Source of the DNA: a virus
IMG/VR virus record: IMGVR_UViG_3300032249_000542
Span: 32,001 to 96,000 of that record
Strand: one strand, 5' to 3'
Length of the DNA stretch: 64,000 bases
The stretch's first letter is position 1. Each line of letters starts with the position of its first letter. The notes below the pieces were generated by a model. The model saw only the letters and a list, made by a program, of their open reading frames with translations, had not been told where the DNA came from and did not search any database. Positions 15,961-25,317 of the stretch are shown one piece after another. The position numbers and the translations under genes are program-made.

Positions 15961-16860
15961 ATGTCAGACTTTTCTCAATTCAAACGCAATCGTAATTCTC
16001 TAGAGAAACTTACGAAAGCGATTCAAGATACTAATCAACCAGCAGAAAGTGGATCAAAAGAAGATACACGTTTCTGGCAACCTGAAGTAGATAAAGCAGG
16101 AAACGGAATGGCAATCATTCGTTTTCTCCCAGGTTCTTCTATTGACGGTGACGATGCACTTCCATGGGTTCGTGTATTCAATCACGGCTTCCAAGGACCA
16201 GGTGGTTGGTATATCGAAAACTCCCTAACGACACTTGGACAAAAAGATCCAGTCTCAGAATACAATTCTACTCTATGGAATTCGGGTATTGAAGCGAATA
16301 AAGAAATCGCACGTAAACAGAAACGCCGTTTAACTTATATCTCCAACATTCTTGTTGTTTCAGATCCGAAGCATCCAGAGAACGAAGGTCAGATCAAGTT
16401 ATACAAGTATGGTAAGAAAATATTTGATAAGATTAATGAAACTATGAATCCAGAGTTTCCGGATGAGAAGCCAGTTAATCCATTTGACTTCTGGGAAGGT
16501 GCTAACTTCAAACTAAAGATTCGTCAAGTAGAAGGTTATCGCAACTACGACAAATCAGAGTTTGAATCTCCTGCACCTTTGTTTGATGGTGATGATGATA
16601 AACTTGAAGCATTGTGGAAAAAAGAATACTCACTCAAAGAGTTCTTAGAACCAAAACACTTCAAGTCTTATGATGTACTAAAAGCAAAACTTGATAAGGT
16701 ATTGGGTTTTGATGGTGAATCACCTATTGCCAAAACTAAGGCAGAAGATGCTAAGTTGAAAACATATGATGATGACGTACAAGAAATAATGTCAAAGAAA
16801 TTGCCCGCACTTGATGAGGATGATGAATTGAACTATTTCAAATCACTAGCAAACGATTAA
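15961..16860 (+). CDS. gp32: Single-stranded DNA-binding protein gp32
   Basis: DTRFW, IRFLP, HGFQGPGGWYIEN, PFDFWEGANFKLKI, acidic tail. Confidence 0.95.
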   Translation: MSDFSQFKRNRNSLEKLTKAIQDTNQPAESGSKEDTRFWQPEVDKAGNGMAIIRFLPGSSIDGDDALPWVRVFNHGFQGPGGWYIENSLTTLGQKDPVSEYNSTLWNSGIEANKEIARKQKRRLTYISNILVVSDPKHPENEGQIKLYKYGKKIFDKINETMNPEFPDEKPVNPFDFWEGANFKLKIRQVEGYRNYDKSEFESPAPLFDGDDDKLEALWKKEYSLKEFLEPKHFKSYDVLKAKLDKVLGFDGESPIAKTKAEDAKLKTYDDDVQEIMSKKLPALDEDDELNYFKSLAND

Positions 16861-16865
16861 TCGTT

Positions 16866-16891
16866 AATCCCCGCTTCGGCGGGGATTTTTT
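16866..16891 (+). terminator. Rho-independent terminator between convergent genes
   Basis: AATCCCCGC-TTCG-GCGGGGATT followed by a T-tract. Confidence 0.9.
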
Positions 16892-16892
16892 A

Positions 16893-19139
16893 CTAATTAG
16901 AACCACGGGCTACTCTGCGTAGTCCTTCCTCAGTAGCTATTAAGTCATAATTATATACAGTATCACTAATAACCCTATCTCCACTATTTCCATTCTTTTG
17001 TGACGATTTTGTAGAAGCGTCTGCTAACTGGAATAAAGAAGTTGATAGGTCACCGAACATATCACCAAACATAGAAAGGATCAATTCTGTTTCAGACATC
17101 TTTTCATACTTGTTTAATCCAGGTTGATTTTTTGGTGTTGTATTTTCTTGACTAGGAGCACTTTTTGAATTGCTAGCAAGTTGTTGTGAGGATCCCACTT
17201 TCTTTCCACCTTCTCCAACTCCAGAAGGCTCAGCACCATATGCAGTTTCCCATGATGCAAATTTCATAGCTCCAGGATTATTCATTCTATTAGGTAATGA
17301 CCCTGGTTTGAAGAATCCTTCTTGTCTAGCTTGTTCATTCAACAACGCAACTTTCTGTGCTTCCGATAAATCACTAAATTTAGTTGATGCGATTGAAACT
17401 CCTATAGCTTTTTCAAGTCCTTTTCCATAATTTTCAGTTGCATCAGGTGCCCAAGATTTAAGAGCTTCTGCAATAGTCTTTTTTGAATAAAATGGTTTTT
17501 CCCAAAGAGCTCTTTGAGCTTTAAACCCAGCTTCAGCTGATGGAAATTTAGCAAATTGATCCGAACCTTTTCCTTTTCCATCATCACTTGAGGTCAATTC
17601 CGAAACCGTAGATTTACTTGATTCAAAATTATCTGCATAGACTTTTTTGAAATCAAATCTTTCTAGATTTTTCATTTCTTTTTGTGGATCCAACATACGT
17701 AAAACTCTTTCATCCCGACTCATCAAATCTCTAATTCTACCTATAGTTAAACCTTCATATTTTCCGTCTTTTATGTTTTTTTCTATTTCTGCAGGAGTTC
17801 CCTCTCCTCTTAGAGAAGCATATTCTATCCACCACCTTCTGGTGTCAGGAAGATTTAAATTTAATGGAGCATCATCTCCTCTCTCTGTATTTAATTGAAT
17901 AATTCCCGCACCTTTTTCGATCTGAGATTCTAGTTGCTTTATTGCTCCTTCTTTTCCTTCATATTTTTTTTCATATCTTTTTGCTTCATCCTTGTCCCTA
18001 GATGTGGTTAACCCCGCATATGCTTTTGCAGCACCTGCACCTAAAGCTGCTCCAAGTAATGATCCTACTCCTGCTATCGGTGATCCAATAACTGCACCTA
18101 AAGCAGCACCAATCAATACATATATTGTATCTTTATTTTGATCCATCCATAGTCTTGTATATCCCATTATATCTTTACCAACCGCAATCATTACATCACC
18201 TAATGTTTTTGCTGCAGCCAATCCATGTGCTAGAATGGTATTGAAAGTACCTTTAATATTTTTTTCTATAGAACTAGTTGTTTCTTCTAATGATTTGGAC
18301 GCTTTATTTAAGTTTGTAGTGAAAAAAGTTGTATTGAATGTCTCATCTAATTTTCTGGCAAATCCAGTCATAAAAGTTTCACCTTCTTTTATACCAAAAA
18401 ATTCCTTTAAACTTTTGCTAATTCCATCAAATGCATCACCAAATACTGAGTAAAGATCAGTACCAATTTTTTTAAAATTAATACTTTTAGCTAAACTATA
18501 AATAACATATCCTCCAGCTATTAATCCTATTATTCCTGGTAAACCAAAACCAGTCATTGCAGTTAATCCACTTAAAAATGCACCACCAATACTGCCAATA
18601 GTTCCAATTAGTCCAGAAATTATAGCTCCACCAAGTCCAAGAACTCCTCCCCCAATTGATCCTAACGTATCTGTAATTCCACCAAACATTCCAGATTTTG
18701 CTGCTGGACCACTAGTTGATGGAGCTATAGATGGATTAGGTTCTGGTGTTAAAGACTTACCATAATTTTCTCGGGTCTTTGGTTTTAGTCCTTGTTTCTT
18801 TGCCATCATCTGAATATTCTGCCTCATGATATTCATGTCTTTTGCAATAATAGGTAAGAACATAGAATTCCTAGCCATTATTCTAGAACTTGCAGCTTGT
18901 GCTGTAGCAGACTTAGATTGTATTGAAGGACCTTTTGGGCCAGCATATTTGTAAGATTTTCCAAATTGCTTTTCTAAAATAGCTCCTAATATTCCAGATT
19001 TAGGAAGCATATTTCTTACGTCACGTTTTTCTTTTTGCGACTCAGAAATTGCTGTACCTAAGCTGGATATTGCTCCTTTACCGGAGTTCAATTCTTGACG
19101 AAATATAGTTTCAAATCTTGATGTTGGTCTTTTAGCCAT
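16893..19139 (-). CDS. Tape-measure-like / baseplate hub protein with C-terminal lysozyme-like domain
   Basis: Long helical protein with Gly-rich hydrophobic segments; FAKFP..EAG, WAP and NNPG motifs; follows the gp26/gp51-like genes. Confidence 0.6.
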   Translation of the reverse strand: MAKRPTSRFETIFRQELNSGKGAISSLGTAISESQKEKRDVRNMLPKSGILGAILEKQFGKSYKYAGPKGPSIQSKSATAQAASSRIMARNSMFLPIIAKDMNIMRQNIQMMAKKQGLKPKTRENYGKSLTPEPNPSIAPSTSGPAAKSGMFGGITDTLGSIGGGVLGLGGAIISGLIGTIGSIGGAFLSGLTAMTGFGLPGIIGLIAGGYVIYSLAKSINFKKIGTDLYSVFGDAFDGISKSLKEFFGIKEGETFMTGFARKLDETFNTTFFTTNLNKASKSLEETTSSIEKNIKGTFNTILAHGLAAAKTLGDVMIAVGKDIMGYTRLWMDQNKDTIYVLIGAALGAVIGSPIAGVGSLLGAALGAGAAKAYAGLTTSRDKDEAKRYEKKYEGKEGAIKQLESQIEKGAGIIQLNTERGDDAPLNLNLPDTRRWWIEYASLRGEGTPAEIEKNIKDGKYEGLTIGRIRDLMSRDERVLRMLDPQKEMKNLERFDFKKVYADNFESSKSTVSELTSSDDGKGKGSDQFAKFPSAEAGFKAQRALWEKPFYSKKTIAEALKSWAPDATENYGKGLEKAIGVSIASTKFSDLSEAQKVALLNEQARQEGFFKPGSLPNRMNNPGAMKFASWETAYGAEPSGVGEGGKKVGSSQQLASNSKSAPSQENTTPKNQPGLNKYEKMSETELILSMFGDMFGDLSTSLFQLADASTKSSQKNGNSGDRVISDTVYNYDLIATEEGLRRVARGSN

Positions 19140-19279
19140 TATCGCTTTCTGTTATTTTTTTCTGCTTCCATTTTTTGTTTTTCTGCTTCTAAGAAATTAA
19201 CCAATAAAGTTAAGTATATTTCTCTTTCCCACGGAATCATATTTTCCAATTCTGTTAAACTATATTTGTGATGCTGCAT
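19139..19279 (-). CDS. gp51: gp51-like baseplate hub / tail assembly protein (frame open upstream to 19342)
   Basis: MQHHKYSLTELENMIPWEREIYLTLL; not in the ORF track; probably reached by a -1 frameshift. Confidence 0.75.
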   Translation of the reverse strand: MQHHKYSLTELENMIPWEREIYLTLLVNFLEAEKQKMEAEKNNRKR

Positions 19280-19329
19280 TAATGAAAAGTTAGTTTGGTA
19301 GTAATTGGAAAGATTATCATGAGAAAGAG

Positions 19330-20067
19330 TTAACCGAAAAAACTTTGTACACCTTCTAAATTTATCTTTTCTTCAAATCCACACTTAGAACAATTAAAAT
19401 CTAATTCTTTTGATATTTTAGGCATAGTATCAAAGAACGCTTTTATTTTTTCCAAGTGTTGCTGTTGCATACTATCAATAAATTCATTTATTTCATCTTT
19501 TTCTAAATCTTTTACATAGTAGATATTATCTTTATCAAAAATATAGTCTATACATTTAATAATAAGTTCAAAAAGAATTTCTTCCTCATTCTTTCCTTGA
19601 AACTTTTGCATAATTTCAAAGCTAGGGTACTTCATAACAATACCTAAATTATCAGTTATCATTATTTTGTTAGTGTGTTCTTCACCAAATTTTGGATTAA
19701 TCTCAAGTACGTTAATATCAAATTTTTGTGAACCTGGGCAAATATTTTGATTTCCTTCAGGGTCAATAGATAAAACATTGTTACATTTATATGTAACATT
19801 TACCACTTCTCCTACTGACCTTGCACGAAGGTTTAGAAATAAAAACTCCAAATCAAATACAGGTAATGCATCAATATCTAATTCTGAAATTAGGCAATTT
19901 TTTAATGCCTGTTTGATTGAACTGATTACTTCCTCTATTTCCGATGACTGTGATGCCATCAAAAGTAATTTTTGTTCCTTTACTAGGAATGGTCTAAATT
20001 TTACTATTTGATTATTCGATGGTAATGTTGCTTCATAAATCGGCACATCAATTTTTGGTAAAGCCAT
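19330..20067 (-). CDS. gp26: gp26-like baseplate hub assembly protein
   Basis: MALPK, FRPFLVKEQK, FDLEFLFLNLRARSVGE, CxxC, LEGVQSFF. Confidence 0.85.
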   Translation of the reverse strand: MALPKIDVPIYEATLPSNNQIVKFRPFLVKEQKLLLMASQSSEIEEVISSIKQALKNCLISELDIDALPVFDLEFLFLNLRARSVGEVVNVTYKCNNVLSIDPEGNQNICPGSQKFDINVLEINPKFGEEHTNKIMITDNLGIVMKYPSFEIMQKFQGKNEEEILFELIIKCIDYIFDKDNIYYVKDLEKDEINEFIDSMQQQHLEKIKAFFDTMPKISKELDFNCSKCGFEEKINLEGVQSFFG

Positions 20068-20083
20068 AAAAACTCCTTAATAA

Positions 20084-20863
20084 TTATCTATTAAATAAAC
20101 CAGTAAACGCATTTTGTACTTCTCCGATAGCTCTTGCTCCCAGAACTCCACCTACAGCTGCAGCGATTTCATTGCCATCATATTTTCCGTCATATATTGT
20201 TCTATATTTGTGATATGAAAACTGAACTGTTAATCTATGTAGGTTATCATCTGACCAAGAAAGTTGTTGTGATGATATACCAATAGGATATGCATCCATT
20301 AATTCTACGGAATATATTTGTTTTACGAAATCATCGTATTGAATTATTTTTAGTTGGGTCATGTATCCAGACCCACTTTCACCTTTTGCAAATCTAAAAT
20401 TATTTGTTTTTGGTGATCTTATTGATTCTAACCAAGCATCAAATAGTTTTCTCTCACTAAATTCATTATTACAAATGAAGGTTAAAGATATATCATTATA
20501 TACCGTTTGATTTGGAACCTTAAATGTTGGACCATATGTTTTTACGTCAGTTGTAGAATAAGACTTTCCTGGAATTTCTGTTGCTTCACATTGTAATGCT
20601 AACCATCTTGTTGCATCATTTCTCCAACTGAAACTTTGATCTGCTCCTCTTTTTTTATCGTCTCCAAATGGTGCGGTAGATTCACCTCGTGCTATTGAAC
20701 CTATAACTTCATTTGGAAAATTCAATAAATTTGAAAGAAAGTTATCCTCAAATCTTTTACTAAGATATAGTGGAATTGGAATTATAACTTGAAAACGACT
20801 AGACTTTGCCGGACCACCTTTTGCCTTAATGTTGGCAAGAAATAGATTTGGTGAAAATGACAT
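20084..20863 (-). CDS. Tail-tube-fold protein (gp54/gp19-like)
   Basis: CEATEIPG, LFDAW, V.L.DAYP...LSW, LTVQFSY. Confidence 0.75.
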   Translation of the reverse strand: MSFSPNLFLANIKAKGGPAKSSRFQVIIPIPLYLSKRFEDNFLSNLLNFPNEVIGSIARGESTAPFGDDKKRGADQSFSWRNDATRWLALQCEATEIPGKSYSTTDVKTYGPTFKVPNQTVYNDISLTFICNNEFSERKLFDAWLESIRSPKTNNFRFAKGESGSGYMTQLKIIQYDDFVKQIYSVELMDAYPIGISSQQLSWSDDNLHRLTVQFSYHKYRTIYDGKYDGNEIAAAVGGVLGARAIGEVQNAFTGLFNR

Positions 20864-21441
20864 TAGAATTTTTCCTCTGATTCTGCGAATACTTGATTTT
20901 TAGATGCCTTTGCAAAGTTCTCCATTGGTAACAATGCAGCAATATCCCATTCGTTTGCATCGATTTGTACGAATTTGGATTGAATGTGTTTATACAAATA
21001 TTTCTTTAGACAAGGAGTGTGTTCGTATATTCTTGAAGTGTTTTTAAGGTAATGGTAATTTACTCTTAATCTGGTACTTGCATCATAACGGTTGTTCGTA
21101 TTTGTTTCACTCAACTTGTCTAAAAATATTAATCTTTGTCTCGGACGAATGTAATGCAGATTCAATCCAAGGAACCCATCGCCATGTTCTTCAATAGGTA
21201 TGACTAAAGGAAACTTGTCATAGTATTTCATAAACTCTTTAGTCTTTGGATCGTAGTAATAGAAATACATATTACCTACAATTGAACTATCCCTCAGTCT
21301 AGGTTTATCTTCCATCAGTCTAGTCCTTGACGGATTTAGACTTTTGACTTTAGATTGTAACCACGCACGAGCTTTTTCAGTACGAGGTGCCAATCCCTCA
21401 TTTCTTAAAGACTTTTCTATTCGATTTATTAAGTATGCCAT
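20863..21441 (-). CDS. gp2: DNA end protector protein gp2
   Basis: YFYYYDPKTK, YYDKFPL, GFLGLNLHY, EWDIAALLP. Confidence 0.88.
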   Translation of the reverse strand: MAYLINRIEKSLRNEGLAPRTEKARAWLQSKVKSLNPSRTRLMEDKPRLRDSSIVGNMYFYYYDPKTKEFMKYYDKFPLVIPIEEHGDGFLGLNLHYIRPRQRLIFLDKLSETNTNNRYDASTRLRVNYHYLKNTSRIYEHTPCLKKYLYKHIQSKFVQIDANEWDIAALLPMENFAKASKNQVFAESEEKF

Positions 21442-21445
21442 TGTC

Positions 21446-21453
21446 TATTTATC
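21446..21453 (-). promoter_or_regulatory. T4-type late promoter
   Basis: GATAAATA on the minus strand, 4 nt before the gp2 ATG. Confidence 0.6.
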
Positions 21454-21885
21454 TCACAAACCAAGGTGTTTCTCAGTTATGATTTTAAATTCCCACCCAT
21501 TGTCTTTGCAGAATTCAATAGCCGCTTTCCACTTGGATTGGTTGACAATGTAAGTCATAGATTCCTGAATGTACTTTTTAGTCTGCCGTTTCTGCTCAGG
21601 TTTCTTGGTTTGAATCTCAGGTTTGACTTCAATCACATACGTCATAACGGTACCATCTTTGCGTTTCATCTTTGCCACAAAGTCTGGGAAATAACGATGT
21701 TTCTTATTGTCAATTGGATTGTAGTATGGTATAATAAGCTCTTCGGACGCCCACCAGATTACCTCCGGATGGTCGTCTAGATACTTCATTACACGTAGTT
21801 CCCACAGAGAACGGTAAATGACATTATTTGCATTTCCGTTGTATTTTGTAGGGTTCTTGGGTTTAAATGTTCCTTTGTATGACAT
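21454..21885 (-). CDS. gp4: Head completion nuclease gp4
   Basis: YKG.FKPKNP.KY, YRSLWE, HRYFPDF, IEVKP, NQSKWKAA. Confidence 0.9.
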   Translation of the reverse strand: MSYKGTFKPKNPTKYNGNANNVIYRSLWELRVMKYLDDHPEVIWWASEELIIPYYNPIDNKKHRYFPDFVAKMKRKDGTVMTYVIEVKPEIQTKKPEQKRQTKKYIQESMTYIVNQSKWKAAIEFCKDNGWEFKIITEKHLGL

Positions 21886-21890
21886 AAATA
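21883..21890 (+). promoter_or_regulatory. T4-type late promoter
   Basis: CATAAATA upstream of the baseplate operon. Confidence 0.6.
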
Positions 21891-21919
21891 CTATCTAGTT
21901 AATCTCTCAAGGCAACCCT

Positions 21920-23305
21920 ATGCAATTCAATTTTTTTGACGTACAATATAATACAGAGGAAATCACTAAACCTATTCCCTCTAGTATTAATAACGACAGA
22001 TTTAATACTAGACGTTATCCCATAGATTTAGGAAATGTAGATAAAGGACATTACGTTTTCTTTACTATCTATCAGCAGATTAGATCCTCATCTGCAACAA
22101 GAACTCCGTTGGCACATATGGAACGTGGGCAAGTTGGAAATCAAACAGCAACCACTAGACAAGTTTTGTCAAAAGAAGGAGTGGTTAATACAGGAACAGT
22201 AGTGGGATATGGGCAAGAAATAGTTGAAGGTGTGGTTAATACAATTTGGTCTGGAGCACAAAACTTTGCATCTAAGCCAGAATTTGCGGAACTTGTAAAA
22301 AGAAATAAAGCTGCATTTACGGCAGTATCAGATACAGTAAATTCCGGAGTCAATGCATTTAAATCGACTACACGAATTGAATCTGTAACTGGTGAAAACT
22401 TGTTTAATCAAGTTGAATTGATAAAAGATGCTATTGCTTTGTATATGCCAGACACCCTAGCATTTTCAAGCAGTCAAAACTATTCGGATGTATCTATGTC
22501 TGATATTGGATTAGGATTGGTTGGAGTTTCTGCTTTAAATAGTTTAAAGTCTGGTGGACTAACAAAAGAAAATATAGCAAAAACTATTGGTGGAAATATC
22601 AGTCCGTTTTTATATGCCGGATTAAAAAAACAATTAGGATCAGCTGGAACTAATTTGTTTACGGCATTTACTGGTCAAGTAATGAATCCTCAACTTGAAC
22701 TGTTATACACAAGTCCAAGTTTTAGAGAATTTAGTTTTGATTTTGCATTTTATCCAAGAAGTCAAAAAGAAGCAAGAGATGTGTTTGACATTATAGAGTT
22801 ATTCAGATTCCACTCTGCACCAGAAATAAAAACTGGAGAAGCCGGTTTCTTTCTATATCCTCCATCACTTTTTGATGTTGAGTTTAGATATGGATCCACA
22901 GAAAACGTAAACTTACCAAAATTATCTAGTTGCGTATTGACTAGGGTGGATGTTGACTATGCACCAAATGGATTTGCTGCGTATGAGACTGGAGAACCTC
23001 GTGAAACAAAATTAACTTCCGAGTTAGGTGGAACAGGTACTCCTGTTGCAACAAGAATGACTCTACACTTTAAAGAAACTATTGTTCAATCTAAACATAC
23101 AATTCTTTATCAAAATCAAAATAAAACATTTAAAACAAGTGGAGATAATTCTGTTTCTGTAACTGCTCCAGTAAAAGTTACAGAATCTAGTGCATCCGTA
23201 CCACAAGCTAAATCTACTGCGGAAATGGGTGCAGTTCCTGTAGTGGAATTAATTGTAGATGGAAGACAACCACCAGTGCAGATATATCCTCCTGGGGCAA
23301 TTTAA
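21920..23305 (+). CDS. gp48: Baseplate tail tube cap gp48
   Basis: RYP.DL, IALYMPD, NPQLELLY..P.FREFSFDF.FYPRS, F.ET. Confidence 0.85.
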   Translation: MQFNFFDVQYNTEEITKPIPSSINNDRFNTRRYPIDLGNVDKGHYVFFTIYQQIRSSSATRTPLAHMERGQVGNQTATTRQVLSKEGVVNTGTVVGYGQEIVEGVVNTIWSGAQNFASKPEFAELVKRNKAAFTAVSDTVNSGVNAFKSTTRIESVTGENLFNQVELIKDAIALYMPDTLAFSSSQNYSDVSMSDIGLGLVGVSALNSLKSGGLTKENIAKTIGGNISPFLYAGLKKQLGSAGTNLFTAFTGQVMNPQLELLYTSPSFREFSFDFAFYPRSQKEARDVFDIIELFRFHSAPEIKTGEAGFFLYPPSLFDVEFRYGSTENVNLPKLSSCVLTRVDVDYAPNGFAAYETGEPRETKLTSELGGTGTPVATRMTLHFKETIVQSKHTILYQNQNKTFKTSGDNSVSVTAPVKVTESSASVPQAKSTAEMGAVPVVELIVDGRQPPVQIYPPGAI

Positions 23306-23306
23306 A

Positions 23307-23945
23307 ATGTCAAAATACTTTTCTTATTTTCCAACAACTTTATACAAATCTTCCGATAGTGGAAATGATTTAAATTTAGTTACGAACTTAATGACACGAT
23401 TCAAAATGCAAGAATCGTTAAAAACTAATAGTGCAGCCTATACTACATACTCTATTAAAGATGGTGACACTCCTGAAATCTTAGCTTATAAATTTTATGG
23501 AGATGTTGAGTATCATTGGGTAATTCTCACATATAATAATTTACTGGACCCACAATTTAATTGGCCTCTTGAAGAAAGAACATTAAATAGATACATAAAT
23601 TCAAAATATGAATCACTAGCTGATACTGCGAATAACGAAACTGGATTAATTTGGTCAAGGTCAAATATTCACTCTTATTATAAAGAGTTGACAACAGTTA
23701 CATCCAAGAATTTTTCACATACTCAAATTATTCAAATTGATGCACCAACATATGCAAATACTGTTACCGCAACAAGCACTATAACTTTAACTAGTGGTGA
23801 TTCTGTGACAAAATCTGTTGTGAAAGGTTCTAAAACATATTTTCAATATGAGTATGGTGTGAATGAAAGTTTAAGAACGATAAAATTGTTAAAACCCGAA
23901 TTTATATTTGCGCTAAGAGATGAATTACGTAGAACATTATCATAA
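23307..23945 (+). CDS. gp53: Baseplate wedge subunit gp53
   Basis: YFSYFP, IKDGDTPE.LAYKFYG...YHWVIL..N, NE..R.IKLLKP. Confidence 0.88.
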   Translation: MSKYFSYFPTTLYKSSDSGNDLNLVTNLMTRFKMQESLKTNSAAYTTYSIKDGDTPEILAYKFYGDVEYHWVILTYNNLLDPQFNWPLEERTLNRYINSKYESLADTANNETGLIWSRSNIHSYYKELTTVTSKNFSHTQIIQIDAPTYANTVTATSTITLTSGDSVTKSVVKGSKTYFQYEYGVNESLRTIKLLKPEFIFALRDELRRTLS

Positions 23946-25309
23946 TGGATAATATTAATCAAAGTACAGATTTTAGGATAGTTAAGTTATCCATCGTTGC
24001 ATCAAATGGATATGGAAAAGACTATGACTTGCGAAATGTTTTTATAGAATTAAACATATACGATACCGTATTGTTTTCTTCAGTATCAGGTAATATCATT
24101 ATTAATGATGCAGCTGGATTAATAAACGATTTAAGTTTAGATGGATCTGAAGTTTTACTAGTAAGAATTGGAAAATCTGAAAACGATATTACATACACTA
24201 ATAAATTCAGAATATATAAAATAGGAAACAGGCAACCATTATCTGCAACAAGTGAAGCATACTCTTTACATTTTGTTAGTGATGAATATATTTTATCTGC
24301 ACAAAGAAAAATAAGTCAATCTTATGTTGGAACGTATTCAAATATAGCAATAGCTATTATGAAAGATAAACTTCTATTGAAACCGGAAACAATTTCTGCT
24401 ACACCTTCAATCGGAATAAAAAATGTTGTCGTTCCAAATCTATCGCCGATAGAGTCATTAGAGTGGTTGTCGAGACGAGCTGTTGACAATGACTCGGTCC
24501 CAAACTTCTTGTTCTTTGAAAATAAAACTGGATACAATTTTGTTTCTTTGTCTGATATGATTAGGTCTAGTGAAGTTGCTAGAATAAATATTGACCCTAA
24601 AAATTTAGGTAAGACATTTTTTGAAAAAAAGAATGAGACAGAACTAGGAAATGAATTTTTAGGTGCTAGAGAATTTAAAACTACATCACAATTTGATTTT
24701 TTAAAATCAGTTAAATCTGGTTCATATGCTGGAACATTTTTAGGATTTGATCCCATTACTAGGTCATTTGATAAACAGAAATTCAGTTATTCATCATACC
24801 ATGGAAAGAATCCAGTATACCAAAGTAAAGTACCAAATCTTCCTTTAGTTTATGATACCGAAGGAAAGTTGAATATTGAAAATTATGAATCAAGAAAAAT
24901 AATGTATCCATTTGCATTGTATAGATCAAATAGTGAATACATTAAAAAAAATGGTGGTGCTTTTGAGAAAAATATTGAAGATAATCCACACGAATATATG
25001 TTACAACGTCCAGCAATCCTAAGGTCATTTTTTAATAAAACAGTAAAGTTAGTTATGCCTGGTAATTTCAATTTATCTGCTGGATATAATGTATTAATAA
25101 AAGTTCCAGATAGAGGTGTTGTTTATGGAGAAGAAAATAGAGATGATAGTCTTTATGGTAGATATACAATCATATCCACAAGACATAAAATAACATTCAG
25201 TAAACATGAAACTATATTTGAAGCATGTACAGATTCCACAAATAATGTGTCATTCAAATTACCATCAACCGCTCAAAATCAAGCGTTGAGTAGTACATTT
25301 ACAATTTAG
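23945..25309 (+). CDS. Baseplate hub protein (gp27-like)
   Basis: Lies between 53 and 5; FLFFENKTGYNFVSL, G.YTI...RHKI. Confidence 0.7.
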   Translation: MDNINQSTDFRIVKLSIVASNGYGKDYDLRNVFIELNIYDTVLFSSVSGNIIINDAAGLINDLSLDGSEVLLVRIGKSENDITYTNKFRIYKIGNRQPLSATSEAYSLHFVSDEYILSAQRKISQSYVGTYSNIAIAIMKDKLLLKPETISATPSIGIKNVVVPNLSPIESLEWLSRRAVDNDSVPNFLFFENKTGYNFVSLSDMIRSSEVARINIDPKNLGKTFFEKKNETELGNEFLGAREFKTTSQFDFLKSVKSGSYAGTFLGFDPITRSFDKQKFSYSSYHGKNPVYQSKVPNLPLVYDTEGKLNIENYESRKIMYPFALYRSNSEYIKKNGGAFEKNIEDNPHEYMLQRPAILRSFFNKTVKLVMPGNFNLSAGYNVLIKVPDRGVVYGEENRDDSLYGRYTIISTRHKITFSKHETIFEACTDSTNNVSFKLPSTAQNQALSSTFTI

Positions 25310-25317
25310 GACTAGTA

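Noticed and set aside
21454-21885. TnsA-like transposase or homing endonuclease
   Set aside because: Motifs and position next to gp2 identify the gp4 head completion nuclease; no transposon ends.
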